Below are positions 24,001-37,964 of a stretch of DNA of 64,000 nucleotides, piece by piece. The first letter of the stretch is position 1. Every line of letters starts with the position of its first letter. The notes beneath the pieces were generated by a model that searched no databases, was not told the DNA's origin, and saw only the letters and a program-made list of their open reading frames with translations. The position numbers and the translations under genes are program-made. The DNA is from Hyaloraphidium curvatum SAG 235-1 (lineage: Eukaryota; Fungi; Monoblepharomycota). The DNA lies in contig JAIVFI010000021.1 of the NCBI GenBank assembly GCA_025558095.1, positions 620,001-684,000 on the forward strand, written 5' to 3'.

Positions 24001-27000
24001 GTATGCCAAGGTGAAGCCATTGCTGAGCGTCACTCGGGTCGACAACGAGCTGCAAAGGAAGGAGGAGGAGATCAAGTTTCTCTCCGACAATACGCGACGA
24101 ATGGAGGATGAGATCCGCAAGCTGGTGGCGCAGCGGACGGTTTTGGAAACTGAGAAGAAGCAGCTCGAAGACGCTGTTGCCGAGGAGCGAATGGCATCCA
24201 CCGATCAAGCCGCCATCTTGGAGCGGACACAGCAGCGTGCGATCGAGCTCGACACTTTGCTCGGAGAGACCGTGGCAGAGCTGCAAGCCAAGCAAGCGCT
24301 TTTGGAAGTGCTGACCTCTCAAAGCTCGGATTTCGAGGAAGAAAGACGGCGACTGCTGGTACAGATCACCGATTTCGAGGCTGCCCTCGACAGGGCGGAG
24401 AAAGACAAATCTACCAGAGAGGATCAGCTGCGCTGTCTGAATGCGGATGTGGTTTCCGCCACGGAACGGACGGAGAAGCTTGATGCGGAACGCAAGGCCC
24501 TGGAACAGCTGCTCAGCGCAGCGCAGAATGAATTGGCCGAGGCAATGGCAAGCGAGTCAGATGCCATGCGGCACAGAGCGAGGCTTACCTCTGAGCTTGG
24601 GGAGACGGAGGAGAAGCTGCGCCGGGAGGTCGCCACTCGTGAACTGCTGGATGGTCGCCGCCTCGAGCTTGAGTCTTCTCTGCGCGAGTCCCAGGCCGCC
24701 GCGCAAGAGTCCGAGCTTCTGGTTCAGAAGCTGCGGGATTCCATTACTAGGAAGGAGACAGAGATATCCGCTCTTTTGGAGAAGCTGGCCGCGGAAACAT
24801 CGGCCAAAGACTTGGCCGAGCTGGCGAAGCGTGACCTTTCATCCAGGATACAGTCACTTGAGTTGCATCTGTCAAACGAGGCGGAGAGCAAAGAAAGACT
24901 GGTTGCCCTGAAGCAGAGGCTGGAGAGCGAAGTGGAGCAGCTCCATGCCCTCATGGTCCAAAAGGGCGATTCGGCGACGAAGCAGAGCGAGCTCCGGCAA
25001 CTTCGCGAGAAGGAGCTGTACGATGCCAAGGAGCTGGTGCAATCTCTTCAAGCCGAACTCGAGGAAGCACGTCGCGTGTGGGCCACGCAGTCGAAGGCAC
25101 TTCAGTCCCAGGTCGATCAGGCGACTCAGGAGGTTCTTCGATTGGGCGAGACCAAGGCGACTCTGGAAGCTCGTTTGGCCTCGCTAACCCAGGATCTGGA
25201 AGCGGCGACCGAGCAGAATGATCGTCACGTTCGGGCTTCCCGACAGGCCCTTGCCGATCTGCAGGAAACGCGCCTGAGACTCGAAGAGGCACAAGACCGC
25301 CTCTTGGAGGCAACCAACGCCCGGTCATTGCTTCAGGCAACCTTGACAACGCTGTCATCCAGACTGGATGAGGCCGAACGTTCTAGTGCCCATTCTGAAC
25401 GGGAAGCAGTTTCGTTGGCGGCATCTGCGAGCCATCTGCGGGAGGAAAACGAAGACCTGAATCGCAGGCTTGCATCGTTGGAGGAGACGAAACGAAGGCT
25501 CCAAAACACCGTTTCTGAACTTCAGTCCAAGTGCGATGAACAAGAGGCACAGAATGGGGAGCTGAAGCGCCATCTCGAAATGCAGCTTGCGACCGCGGAG
25601 CGCCTCAAGGTCGCGCATCGCGAAGAAGTGCAGCTGAAAGCAATTGAGCTCGACGATGTCCGTAAGCGATTGGAAACCGAGATCGAGGACCTCAAATCGC
25701 GCGTCGCCGCGGCGTCCGCAACTCAAGCAAGCCTGGAAAAGGCTCGCAATCGGCTGAACGCCGATTTGGAGGACGTGAGGCACGAGAACGAGCAGCTGCA
25801 GGTGCTCGCGAGACAAGCAGACCGAAGCACCAAAGGACTCGAGCAACAGCTCGCCAGTCTGTCTGCAGAGCTGGATGCAGAGCGCAGGCACAAGGAATCC
25901 GCAGAGTCGGACGTGCGCAAGCTCCAGGCTTCGGTCGACAACATGAGGGCCGAGCTGGAGCTGAAAAGCCAGTCGTACCTGAGCATCCAGCGCCAGAAGA
26001 ACGACCTTGAGACGGAGCTGAAAAGCCTCATCGACGAGATCGGGGAAGGTGGCAAGAACGTTCACGAGCTGGAGAAGAGCCTTCGCCGCTCGGCGGGCAG
26101 GATAGACGAGCTTACAGCCCTTTTAGACGACGAGAGGCAAGCTAGAAGCAAGCTAGCGGACGCCAAATCCGAGCTCGAGGCTTTCCTTGCCGATCACCGC
26201 AGAAAAGCCGAGGCAGAGCTTGCGGCAAAGGAAGCTCAAATGGAAGACACTCGCAAGATCTTGCTCAAGGAGATCAACGAGCAAGGCGAACAGCTGGAAG
26301 CTCTCACCGAAGCTAACGCAGAGCTTGGGAGGGCGAAGAGGAAGCTCCAAGCCGAGCTAGACGAGCTCTTGAGCAAGGAGGATTCGTCCGCAAGGAGCAA
26401 GTCCGACCTCGAGAGGGCCAAAAGGGCTGCTGAATCTGCGTTGAAGGAGGTGCAATCGAAGCTGGAAACAGAGCTCCGTGCCCGGGCAGACTTCGAAGAC
26501 CTCGCAAGACGCCAAGAGCAAAAGGCCAACCATGCACAGGCTCTGGCCGAGCAGCTCCAGATGCAGTTGGAGAACACCGATCGCGAGCGGAGGAGCCTGA
26601 TGAAGCAGGTCGAAGTGCTGCAGGTGGAACTTGACGGTCCCGATGAGTCTTCGCGGACGTCCCTCTTGTTAGCAAAGCGGGCATGGGAGAAGGACCGGCA
26701 AGCACTGCAGGAACGAATCCAGGCCCTCGAAGAGGAGCGTGGGGACCTCCTTGCGAACCAGGGGGTTGCGTCGACAGACGTCGAAGAACTGAAATCGCGC
26801 ATCGAGACCGAGTACGAAGCACGACTCGAAAGGCTCGAGGCAGAGAAGAAGGCGCTGCTTACTGCTCAACGGTTCGTGACCCACATCCGTCGGTTGTTCA
26901 TGGTTGACAAATATTTCTTCCGGCAGGCTACTTCAGCAAGAACTGGACGGCAAGGCCCTCGAGATTGCGAGCTTCGACAAGCAGAGGCGGTTAGCGCAGA

Positions 27001-28771
27001 GCGAGATGGAAGATCTTCGCCACCGCCTCGAAATCGAAATCTCGGCTAAGACGGAGGAGATTACGGCGAGGCGGCGGGTTAGCAGCGAGCTGAGGGACGC
27101 CCTGGACAAGTGCACAGCGGAAGCAGCACGGTCGAAGGAGCATGCCGAGAATGCCGAGGCGCAAAAGGCCAAGGCGCATGAGCTGCTTGTTCGGCTTGAG
27201 CATGCCGAGATGGACCGCACCAAGGCTGAAAAGGACGCATCCACCGCGCGGCTCCAGCTGAAGGACTTGGAGGAATCGATCGAGGAGCTGGCCAACGGTC
27301 GCCGGGTCAGCGAGGACAAAGTCAGGCACCTGGAAGAGGAGCTTCAGGAAGCAAGAGAACTTCTAGAAGAGCGATCCGCAGAGACAACCGAGGCACGTAC
27401 CGATCGAGATAGGTCGCGCCTCGAACTGCGCCAGCTGCGCGAACGGCTCCAAGCCGAACTCGAGGAACGTGATGCAGCGATGGAGTCAGTGAAGAAACGG
27501 CTGCAGAACGAGCTCCACCAGACCCAGGCAGACCTGGAAGCGGAAAGGGCTTCGTGCATTGCTATGCGCAGTGCGAGAAAGCAAATCGAGAACGATCTCC
27601 AGGCTTTGCAGGCGCAACTCGACGCGGAGCTGCGTACTTCGGGTGCTTGGCGCCGGGAAAAGGAGCGACTCGAATCAAAGCTGGATGAATTGAACCGGAA
27701 CCTCTTCGACTCCGTGAAACAACAGGAGGACATTTTGGCCCTTCAAGCGGCCAGTGGTGCACGGATCCGCGATCTTCAGATTGCCGTCGACGACGCCGAA
27801 GCCCAGAAAGTGATACTGGAAAGGAGCAAGCGAGCTCTTGAAGAGCGCTTGGAGGAGGCATCGGAACAACTTCAAGAGGCTACCAGGGCAAGGCAAGCGC
27901 TGGAGAGATCCGTTGCCGCCCTGGATTCGGAGACATCGAGCTTGCGTGCTCAGCTGGAGGAACAGATTGACCGCGTTGCACAGAGCAACGAGAAAGTTCA
28001 GCACTCCGAGGGCCTCGCACAGACGTTGCAGATAGAGTTGAGCACGGAGCGGGAAAGTGCCGTCGAGATGGAGAGGGAGAAGGTAAGGAAGGGCAGACTC
28101 TCTCGAATGATCCATATTTTTGACATTCACACAACAGCTTGCCCTCGAGCGACAAGTGAAGGACCTCAGTGCTCGGGTAATCGAGCTTGAAAACGGCGTC
28201 TCCTCGGATGCAACACGCGGCATTGCTAGGCTCCAAGCCCAGGTCGAAGTGCTCACCGGACAGCTGTCAGATGAGGCGCGGGAAAAGTCTCTTCTATCCA
28301 AAGCCATCCGGGAATCCGAGCGCCAGGTGCGGCTCTTGTCGTTCCAGGTTGCGGAAAAGGACAAGCTGGAGGGGAAACTTCGGGAGGACATCGATAAACT
28401 CGACCAGAAGGCCCGGAAGCTCAAGCAACAAGTCGAGCACTTGGTTCGTCTTCTGAGTCTGCTGGAGCTTGCATCTCGCTCATCTCGTCGGCCCCAATGT
28501 AGGAGGTAACCGAAAGCAACCTCACGATCGCAAAGCGGCGGGCTGAAAGGGAAGCCACCGAGTTCCGTGACCGGGCGTTCAGGTATTCTTGGGGACTTGC
28601 GACAAGGTGCACTGCAACTGACCGTGTTTTTATCGAAACAGGTTCGAAAAGGAAGTGGAGCGCATGAGGGCTCGGGTTGACTTCGGCTCTGGGGGACCTG
28701 GTGTCGGCTTTAGCGGGAGCCCCATCGCCGAAACGGCCGATGTTTCTCCGGACGGCGTGTCTGATAACTGA
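21060..28771 (+). CDS. Myosin II heavy chain, multi-exon
   Basis: [75 protein letters not shown] motif, [12 protein letters not shown], long coiled-coil tail. Confidence 0.96.
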
Positions 28772-28820
28772 TGCGAAGTCTAGAGCAATGTCATGTGCAG
28801 TACAAAGACCATGTGCTATG

Positions 28821-31134
28821 TCATTCTGGGCAGATTCTGGGCCATATCAGAGCGGCAACGTCGAAAAACGCTGAGAAGGACGACGGTTCAGGTGCATTCG
28901 AGGGCAGTCGAACTGACTTACGTCGATGGCAGTAATGCGAAATGTCGGCTCGCTCGTCAAACCTAGGTTCTAACGGCGTCCAAGTGTCCACGACCTCCAC
29001 ACCCCACTTCCTCATAACCCGACGCAGGATCCAGTTCCATTTTTGCGACCTTCCGCGCGTGCTGAAGCCCGCTGTTTTCATCCAGCCGTTGTCGTACACT
29101 AGCGGTTGCGGGGGAGTGGCTGTGGCGATGTATGAAGTGACGTTGTAGAGTTCTTTGTCCCGCGCCATGAAGGAGGCAAGCAAATCAAGCCCACGGTGCC
29201 AGAGCGTGGAGTTTGTGTACGACATTGGCCAAATGGAGAGCTGCCACAGCACAATTCTGACCTTCCGCGACCAGGGAAGCGCGTTTCGGTGGAACAAATA
29301 TTCCTCGAAGGTCGGCAGACGACCACCACGGTCCGGAAACAAAGGGTGGAAGAACTTTATGGCAAAGGCATCCGCGGCCGGAACTGTGCCGAGGAAAAAG
29401 TGCGGAGTCATGGGCCAGATCGTCATCACACACGACATGGCTTCGGACAAGCTTGCCGCCAGTGAGTCCCCGAGCAGAAGGGGCTGGTAGTTCCAGAAGC
29501 AGTGCTTCGTCAGCCACGCGGGAAAGAGCCAGGCATGGCGCGATTCTGCAACAAACGGCATGAACCGCCACTCGGGCCGGTTGGGCGTCTCGCACACAAG
29601 GCGACGGTCGTCATCGAAAAAGATCTTCGGGCACGTGGTCCGGTTCGGGTGCACCCCTGCGTGCCCCTTGGTGAAGTTTGCAGGTCGCTGAAGGAGTGTC
29701 CATCGTCCCAGAGACAAGGCAGAACGTGGTAATCGGTACGCCGACTGGGACGGAGGGGGATACAGTGGCGAATCGTACACAAACCGATGCAAGGAGCGCA
29801 ACGCGGTCGGATACGGTCCCATCTGCGTGTAAATCCACGTATGAGAGCAAGTTTCGGCGAAGAGATATCCGATGTGCGCACCTGTTCTGCAATCGGTCCC
29901 ACATTTAGACCCAAGTCCTCGAGGTCGTCTTTGCTGGCGAATTGAAGTTGCTGTTGAAACACGAAGGACGCGTTGAATGGCACATTGATCTGCCTCCCAG
30001 GAAACGAAGAGCTTCGTGCTTGGTATTCCTTGCGCGTCTTCTCTGGAACCCGGCAAAAGTCCCTGTGCGACAGTTAAACGCCGCCGAGTTTTGGTCCACA
30101 CGGAAGGCCCCTAACCTCATGTCTCTAAGAAGATCACTTTGCTCGAGACGGCGAGACAACTCGTCGTCGGAAAAGGCAAACGCCAAGCTGCACGCCCATG
30201 GCTCCGCTATCATGGCGGTAGGTTCCAAGAGGCGAATGTACAGCGTGTACGGGCTACCCAAGCCGGCATCCGCCAAGGGTACGAAAAATGCAGCTTCCCA
30301 ATGCCCTATCTGATCAGATGAGAGTTCCGGAAAGGGCTCCTCGAACCCACGGCCCTTATCGACTTGGGAGGGCGGATATGGCAGAGTTTTGGGGCCCCGT
30401 CCGCCGTTAAGCGCATTTTCATCCGCGGAACCAGGAGCGGTTTCGGAAGCCAAATCATCGAGAGAAATAGCAGCAGTCGCATCCGACAGGAGTCCACCCC
30501 AGGCATTGGTAGCAGGGCCACCTCGGTTGCTCCGTGGACTGGCAATCCCAGTCACCAGAGGCGCAGCACCAGACAGGTAAAGCCGCTCCGCCTCCGAAGC
30601 TCTCGGCCGCAGAAACACAGGCACGATGCTCGTCTCGCTCTTCAAGTAGGCGGTGAAAACACCGGGCGCCCGAATGTTGAAGTAATGGAGCTTGTCCGCG
30701 AGGAGCTTTCCCGGCAATCCGACGAACTCGGGTTCGGTGCTCGTCCAGGACAGGCGTATCGGGACCGTCCCGTTCGAAGACAACCAATCCTCGAAGGTGG
30801 CGTTCCAAACCAGGGAGGGTGCCGTCCGCAAGGAATAGAACGGCAGGGCTTCCGGAACTCCCGACTTGGCGTCGCAGTGCCGATACGCCTTTGCCGTATC
30901 TTCCTGCTCGTCCTTCCCCCGCACCTCTATGCGCATCGTTTTGCCATTCTGGAGCGTTAGCAGAATGCTCCCGTCCTCGAGGTACGTGTAGTACGGCTCG
31001 TCCACGTTGTGGTCCGGCAGGTCCACGTTGTCCGGGCCGGCCGAAAACAGTCGTCTCGCCGCGACAAAGGCAGTTACCACAAGGAAAAAGGTCCCAAGGA
31101 GCCGCGTGCCCAATGGGAACAGCCTGCGGCTCAT
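28821..31134 (-). CDS. Type II membrane SGNH / PC-esterase (TBL-like) putative polysaccharide O-acyltransferase or esterase, about 4 exons
   Basis: N-terminal TM (LLGTFFLVVTAFVAA); frames joined by GT-AG introns; LLLGDSL and C-terminal DISHYC (GDS...DxxH). Confidence 0.65.
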
Positions 31135-31618
31135 GGCCGAGGAGTTCTCCAAAGATTCGACGGGCGTGGGCTGGGATAAGGAACCTTCCTTTTGGCTCGG
31201 CTCGCGACTTACCAGTACCGGTCTAACAACCCACCGACCTTGATGGGAGATCGTCTGCGCTTCCATCTTTACTTCACCAGTAAAGACCTTGCTGGACTTG
31301 TCTGGCTCTTTGTTCTCCTGGGTGGCGTTTCTTATTCGCCCCCAACATGCTCGGCCAGAGCTTGCCTTCACTTTCTCTCGGTCGCTCGTCGCATCAACAT
31401 CGTACATCGCATTGCGCTCAGCCCATCTGTTACAAGCGTGCTTGCCACCGTTGTGCATTTCTTCGCCGATCGGGCAGAAAACGTTGTCTAGGAGGCGCCG
31501 CACACCGACGCTCCGCGAAAGAACCCTCATCGACCAGCTCGGCTCTGAATTCCGACACCGTCCCTCCATTTCAGGCGGTGCAATCCACCTGATACGCCGG
31601 CCTGCCCTCGATAGGTCG

Positions 31619-33133
31619 TCACATTGGGCGAGGAAGGGCTTCCCCAGGAGCAGCCTCCCGCCATGCACGATACGGTACGAACGAGCCTCGGGACGCGACG
31701 TCCGAAGGAGTGCCATTCACCGCCACACGGTATCCTCTCTTTTCCTGCTCTGCCGCATATGCCTCCTCGATGGCATTCCAGTTCAGGCCTTCTTGAAGAG
31801 CGGCAAACCGTGACAGAAGCTGAAACAAGTAGCACAGAGTTGGTCGGAGCCTCAGGTTGCGCTTGGCAAACTGCATGGCGCGCAAGGCGATCCGCCGCGC
31901 CGCCGCATCGTGCCGGCGGAGGTACTCCACCGCCTCGTGCAGCCTCCAAGTTTCGGTGGGCACGAAGTGATACCACGGTTTCAGGAGACCGTAAAAGTGC
32001 TCCTCAAACTGATTGTCCGAGGGGAGAAGCGGGGTCATTCCTGACGAAAGCACCTGGAAGGACCTGAATGCCGCTCCGAAGCCGTCGACGCTGACCGCGT
32101 ATCTGAACCCGTCCGCCTGCTCCTTCTGGCCCAGGAAGGAGCCGTTACGGCAGAGGCCTCTCAGGATGTAGTCCCTCGTCTCCTCGGTAAAGAATTTGGC
32201 GGCGAAGCCGGGGTTCCACACGGGATCGCAGGCAGCATCCAGGAGTAACGGGTGTAACGCAGAGTGCTGCATCAGACTCACCCGAATCTGCTGGAGGGGT
32301 ATTATGCGCCGCGGACCATAATCGAATCCCGTGAGCGTTCCCCGCCATATCGCCTTGGGAACCCGGCGGTCCCAAGGCGTTGTCCCCACCCAAGAGTTCG
32401 ATTCGCGACCCTGGAAAAGATCGCGCGCCAACAGGAAGTTCGGCAGCAGGACAAACTTCAAGCTTCGCGCCTTGGAAGCAACCATGAGCGGGTAGGTTGG
32501 ATCGGGCGAATTCACGCCGTCGCGGCACTGCAGCACCAATCGTACGTCCGGGAGGCGCACTCGCCATCTCTCGGCAAGCTCCAGCAGACCCTCAATAAGC
32601 GGCGGGTAGTGCCAGCGGCACTCAAACACCCCTTTGATGCAATCCACGCAATTTCGCACGAAGAGTCGGTTGTCGACGATGCGGAACAGTTCGCGATCGG
32701 CGTGGGCGAGCAGCATCTCGCGGAACAGCCTCCCTCGTATCGCCTCGCCGTGAGGCAAGAAGTTGAACCAAGCACCAATTTGAGAATCGGCATGGCGCCC
32801 TCCCTGAAAATCGGAGCCCGAGCACAGCATGTCCTCGAATGCCGAGGCCGACCCAGAAGTGATGGCCGGAGACGCGAGCTCGCGCTCGCCCCGGCTGAAG
32901 GAGAGCCGCGCATCGCGCAGCTCGTCGCGGAGAGCATTGTACTCGCGTTCCTCTTCCTCCGTCCACGGGCTATCATCTTCAAGCGACGTCCACCGGGAAC
33001 TGAGCGGCCCGCCGGCAAGGTTCGCTGAAGCCGGCCGAGTAAAGGCCGTTCGGAGGCCCCACGCCAAAAGAACGATGAATGCAAGTAGCGATACAGTGCG
33101 CCCTTTCACCCTTTGCCGTCCCAAAGCGCGCAT
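31619..33133 (-). CDS. Glycosyltransferase family 90 (CAP10/POGLUT-like), intronless
   Basis: TM anchor; LPDV, PWDRRVPKAIWRGT, FRYAVSVDGFGAAFR, EHFYGLLKPWYHFVP, HDAAARRIA. Confidence 0.88.
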   Translation of the reverse strand: MRALGRQRVKGRTVSLLAFIVLLAWGLRTAFTRPASANLAGGPLSSRWTSLEDDSPWTEEEEREYNALRDELRDARLSFSRGERELASPAITSGSASAFEDMLCSGSDFQGGRHADSQIGAWFNFLPHGEAIRGRLFREMLLAHADRELFRIVDNRLFVRNCVDCIKGVFECRWHYPPLIEGLLELAERWRVRLPDVRLVLQCRDGVNSPDPTYPLMVASKARSLKFVLLPNFLLARDLFQGRESNSWVGTTPWDRRVPKAIWRGTLTGFDYGPRRIIPLQQIRVSLMQHSALHPLLLDAACDPVWNPGFAAKFFTEETRDYILRGLCRNGSFLGQKEQADGFRYAVSVDGFGAAFRSFQVLSSGMTPLLPSDNQFEEHFYGLLKPWYHFVPTETWRLHEAVEYLRRHDAAARRIALRAMQFAKRNLRLRPTLCYLFQLLSRFAALQEGLNWNAIEEAYAAEQEKRGYRVAVNGTPSDVASRGSFVPYRAWREAAPGEALPRPM

Positions 33134-33265
33134 GAACGGGTCAATGCGTTGGCGCGCTCGGGGCAGCCTCGAGCAGGCAGCGGCCTCGTCGCGACGCGCG
33201 CGATCAATCCGCGGCCGCCCGTTTCAACATCCCAACCTCGTCGGAGTCCGACCAAGGCCGCCGCG

Positions 33266-34217
<952 letters not shown>

Positions 34218-34385
34218 AGGCGGCGGCGAAGTGACGAGAGGAGATCAGTTTGCCTCTGAAAAGTGATGTGGGTCCCAGACTCCGCTGCAACCGAACCGAC
34301 TTGCCCCGCAGTCCTAGCCCGTCCATCTCGGCTGGGTCGGACCATCCGCCAAATACCCCCCCCGGTCTGAGCATCGGAGCGAGTA

Positions 34386-34831
34386 ATGGTCCGCGTCTTT
34401 CCCTTGCGCTTGCGTGCCGAAGCCTGATATCTATGCTCCTCGTAAACGACACGTGGCGCTGTGACTACGCGAAACGACGCGTCGGCGGGCGACGCTGTAG
34501 CTGTTTTACTCTTTCTTCAAGACGCTCGTGGGTCAGTCAGTTACAGTCGAGCTCAAGAACGATGTCTCCATCAGAGGAACTCTAGTTTCCGTGGACCAGT
34601 TCCTGAACATCAAGCTGGACGATATTCGCGTGGCCGACGAAGCACGATTTCCCCACATGGTGAGACGCGCCTCCTGCAGACTCGTGGCGTGCTCACCGGG
34701 CTCTGCAGGTTGCCGTGAAGAATTGTTTTATTCGGGGATCGGTTGTGCGCTACGTGGCGCTGCCCGCGGCGGCAGTGGATACGGGACTTTTGCAGGATGC
34801 AGCACGGCGCGAATCCCAACTGACGCGGTGA
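34386..34831 (+). CDS. LSM2: U6 snRNA-associated Sm-like protein LSm2 (start ATG at 34386 or 34433)
   Basis: LFYSFFKTLVGQSVTVELKNDVSIRGTLVSVDQFLNIKL...FPHM|VAVKNCFIRGSVVRYV...LLQDAARRE. Confidence 0.94.
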
Positions 34832-34859
34832 TGGATTCTAGTCCTGGAGTCAGGACGGT

Positions 34860-36688
34860 CGCTGAGGACTTGCCCTACTTTGGGCCCCTCCTCGTACGCG
34901 CCACCTAGTGCACACGGCCCAGGTGACGTCGTGGCTGCGACATGAGACACTCTGTCCGCGAGGCGAGCACTGCTGTCTGCTGTTGCACGAGATCGGGTGG
35001 ACGCCACTTCGATGTCAGTAGTCCGACCTGACGCGTGTTTGAATTCTGGGGCATAGAATCGTCTCTTGGTTGCTGGACCATTCAGTGCGGGAGCAGCACC
35101 GCTTCTCGGCCCCTTGTGAGCAATTCTGTCGTCACATCTCCGACACCAGATGCTGGGTACGCTAGGCGCCAAAGCCCGTTTCGACTCCGGCGCCTCACAG
35201 CCGACGGAATGCCCACGGTGCTTGAAGGTCTGAAAGCAAACTGAATAGGAGTAAGCGGGATTAAATCGAACCTGAAGGGCGTTGCCAACCTCCATGAACC
35301 CATGGCAATCCAAAAGAGTCTCGGGCAATCGCTTTATAGTCCGCCATGCTTCCGGCCCGTCCCTCCGCCGGGTGATGTCACGCTGGAAAAGCAGCAGCAG
35401 CGAGAGCAACACTCTGTGCACGACCGTAAAGCCTTCGTAGAACAAGCAGTCCCATATTCGCAGCGTGGTCTGTACTGGGCGTCAAATCCGACACTTAAAA
35501 CGGGGCGCTGCGCAGAGCCATCCCACCTCGACGGGCGTAGCACCCACAAAATTGGTCAGCATCCAGCCAAATGTAACGACCTTCAGGGGGCCTGGAAGCT
35601 TGTCCGTGCCAGGATCGTCCTTCGGAGGTGATTTTCGTCTCGCAGGCGCAGCGTCATCCATCCTGCACCACCACTCCCGGAAAGCCCGCAACCCGAACTG
35701 CCGGGCATCTCGGGCGATCAAGATATCCCAGAAAACGTCCTGTTCTAGCAGCGCACCCGCCAAATCCGGATTTTGGTAGAGGCCCCGGGGAAGGATGGAG
35801 CCAACGACGGCGCAGAGCAGGAAAAAGACGCGTTGCTCGACGGCGCGTACCGCTGCCGGCGGCAGGTCGGCCAGATCGCCCGCCTCAAAGTAGCCGACCA
35901 GCAACACCGTGCCAGACTCGGTTTCGGGGAAGCTCCCGACGCAGCGCGCAAACACGATGAGCATTAGGCCGGCCACGAAATTGAGCGACTGCGCGTAGCC
36001 GATGCGATACGGTGCTCGCATGTCCGTTTCCCAGACGGCGACCGGCGTAGAATACACGGCAAAAGCTCTGAGAATGCGCCGCAGCGACGAAATCCAAGCG
36101 TTTCCCGTGTGGGTACCGTTGCCCGGGGTTGAAGCATCCCCAGTCCGAAAATGGAGGTTGTCCGGGAATGTCCTGTGCAAATCTGCGGGACCCGGGGGCT
36201 TCAAATGAGACCGAAGTTTTGGCGGGCGGCGGTGTGGCTACCTTTGTCTATAGCCTCGAAGGAGGTCTGAAGGTCCCGGATTTCCTCAGAGTCCGTGCCC
36301 GCATCAACAGCCGGGGACGCCGCGATAGCGGCAAAGTGTTCGTAAGCTCCGCGGTGCTTTCGCATTAGCATCTCCGCTCCGCTGTACTTGAACCACGCCT
36401 CGATGCGGCGCTCGCCTGTCAACTTGGCACGCCGCACTACGGCGACGCGTTGCCACGCACCAAAGCCCGCAGATGCCGCGGAATGCCCTTGCGGACGAAT
36501 CTCAGCATTGTCGAAGACCTTTCCGGGAGCATGTTGCCGCTGTCGCTCATTTCCCGGTCCCACCGCGCACGTCGGCGGTCAAGCACGCGCTCGTAGTCCG
36601 CCTCCCACTGCAGCTGCTCCTCCAAGCTGTACGGGCTCCCAGGCCGCCGGAATCCGTAGTGGTCAAAGACCGGGGCTCCAGGAGCCAT
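34860..36688 (-). CDS. TBC-domain Rab GTPase-activating protein, multi-exon (3' end approximate)
   Basis: DHYGF, RFVRKGIPRHLRA..W, IDK|DLHRTFP, LRRILRAFA, IGYAQSLNFVAG, GWMLTNF. Confidence 0.88.
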
Positions 36689-36763
36689 GCCGGCCGGCGC
36701 GCTACCGTTTGGGCCGATGGACACTTGCCAGGACTGACCGTATCACTGGCATCTTCCCCACAC

Positions 36764-37891
36764 CTATAGCTCATTTGCCAAGCGCAGCATGCTCTCCAGC
36801 TCCCTCTCCGTCGGATCGCCCATCGCCTGCCACCGGATCCTCCCCTTCGAGTCCACGAGGTTCACGTACCCCAGCCGATCGTTGGTCATGCCGATCGAGT
36901 TTCGCTCGTCCTTTGTCCTCCCCAGGCAGAGCAAGTAGTTGTCGCGCAGGTGGCTTGGGACGCGCGCGCGCTGGAAGGGCAGGACCATGAGCTGGAACAG
37001 GCCCCTGAAGCGGCTGTCCTGGAAGTGGACGTAGATCATCTGCTTCGCGGGGTCGCCGGCGGCGGCTTCGAGGAACGGCTTGCTGTACTTTTCGACCTGG
37101 CCCTGAGGGGTCGGACTCGAGTTGCAGCGCGTCCGGAGGCCGTGCAGCGGCAACGCGCACCCAGCCGAACTCGTACGAAAAGAAGCCGACGAGCGAGGCC
37201 CTCGCGGCGGAAAACTTTGATGCGAGGTCGACCGTCGCCCCGTTGAGCGTCTTTCCCGTGACGCTGATCATCGGCGGCGCGATCTGCCGGGGGGAGGGGT
37301 GGGCCGTGGGTTGGGGCGTTGGGCGGGACCGCGACTTGCCTTGGCCGGGATCAGCGAGGCCTGGGCCTCGCGACGCTTCCCGCCGGTCCGAATGATCTCT
37401 GGAGAGGGAGTTCCGGGGGTCAGCGCGTGTGACGCGCCCCGGCACCGCGTCCACCGCGTCCACCTTTGGCGTCGTCCCAGTACCCCTTGCCAAAGGCCTC
37501 CTTGAGGCTGCGCGGACGGCGGGTCGGCGATGCGGGGCAGGGGACCTGCGGCCACCCACAGCTTCTCGCGGTCGTCCATGAGCCGCTGGTAGAACTTGTT
37601 GTCCTTCAGCTTGGGGTGGTGCTTGAGCTGCTCGTGGAACTCGCGCGGGAAGAAGTCGGGCGCGGGATCGGGGCCCAGCAGCGGGGAGTGCGCGAGGGGA
37701 GGGGCCTGCGCGTGTGGCGGGGCCGAGGGGGGAGCTGCGGGGGGCGAGCGGGGTGCCGAGGGTGCGGGGGCGGGTGCGGGGTGCGCGAGCGGCTTTGCGG
37801 TCGACGCGCGGCGGGCACACGCGCGGCAGGGGCGGGGCGGGGCAGCCTGCCGGACGATGCGCGGCAGCGGCGTGGGCCCGCGCAGCCCCAT
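36764..37891 (-). CDS. ATP10: Mitochondrial ATP synthase assembly factor Atp10, multi-exon
   Basis: Presequence-like N-terminus; LIPA...ISVTGKTLNG; ERNSIGMTNDRLGYVNLVDSKGRIRWQAMGDPTERELESM. Confidence 0.85.
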
Positions 37892-37964
37892 CGCGGGTGG
37901 GTGGGGGGCAGGGGCAGCTATACAGGGCGCGGAGTGATCACGCCCCCCCTCGTCGGTGGTCAGG

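Noticed and set aside
31135-31716. N-terminal extension of the 603-aa ORF overlapping GT90
   Set aside because: A better start is MSRRLF (31134), just before the TM anchor; the upstream part is probably non-coding.
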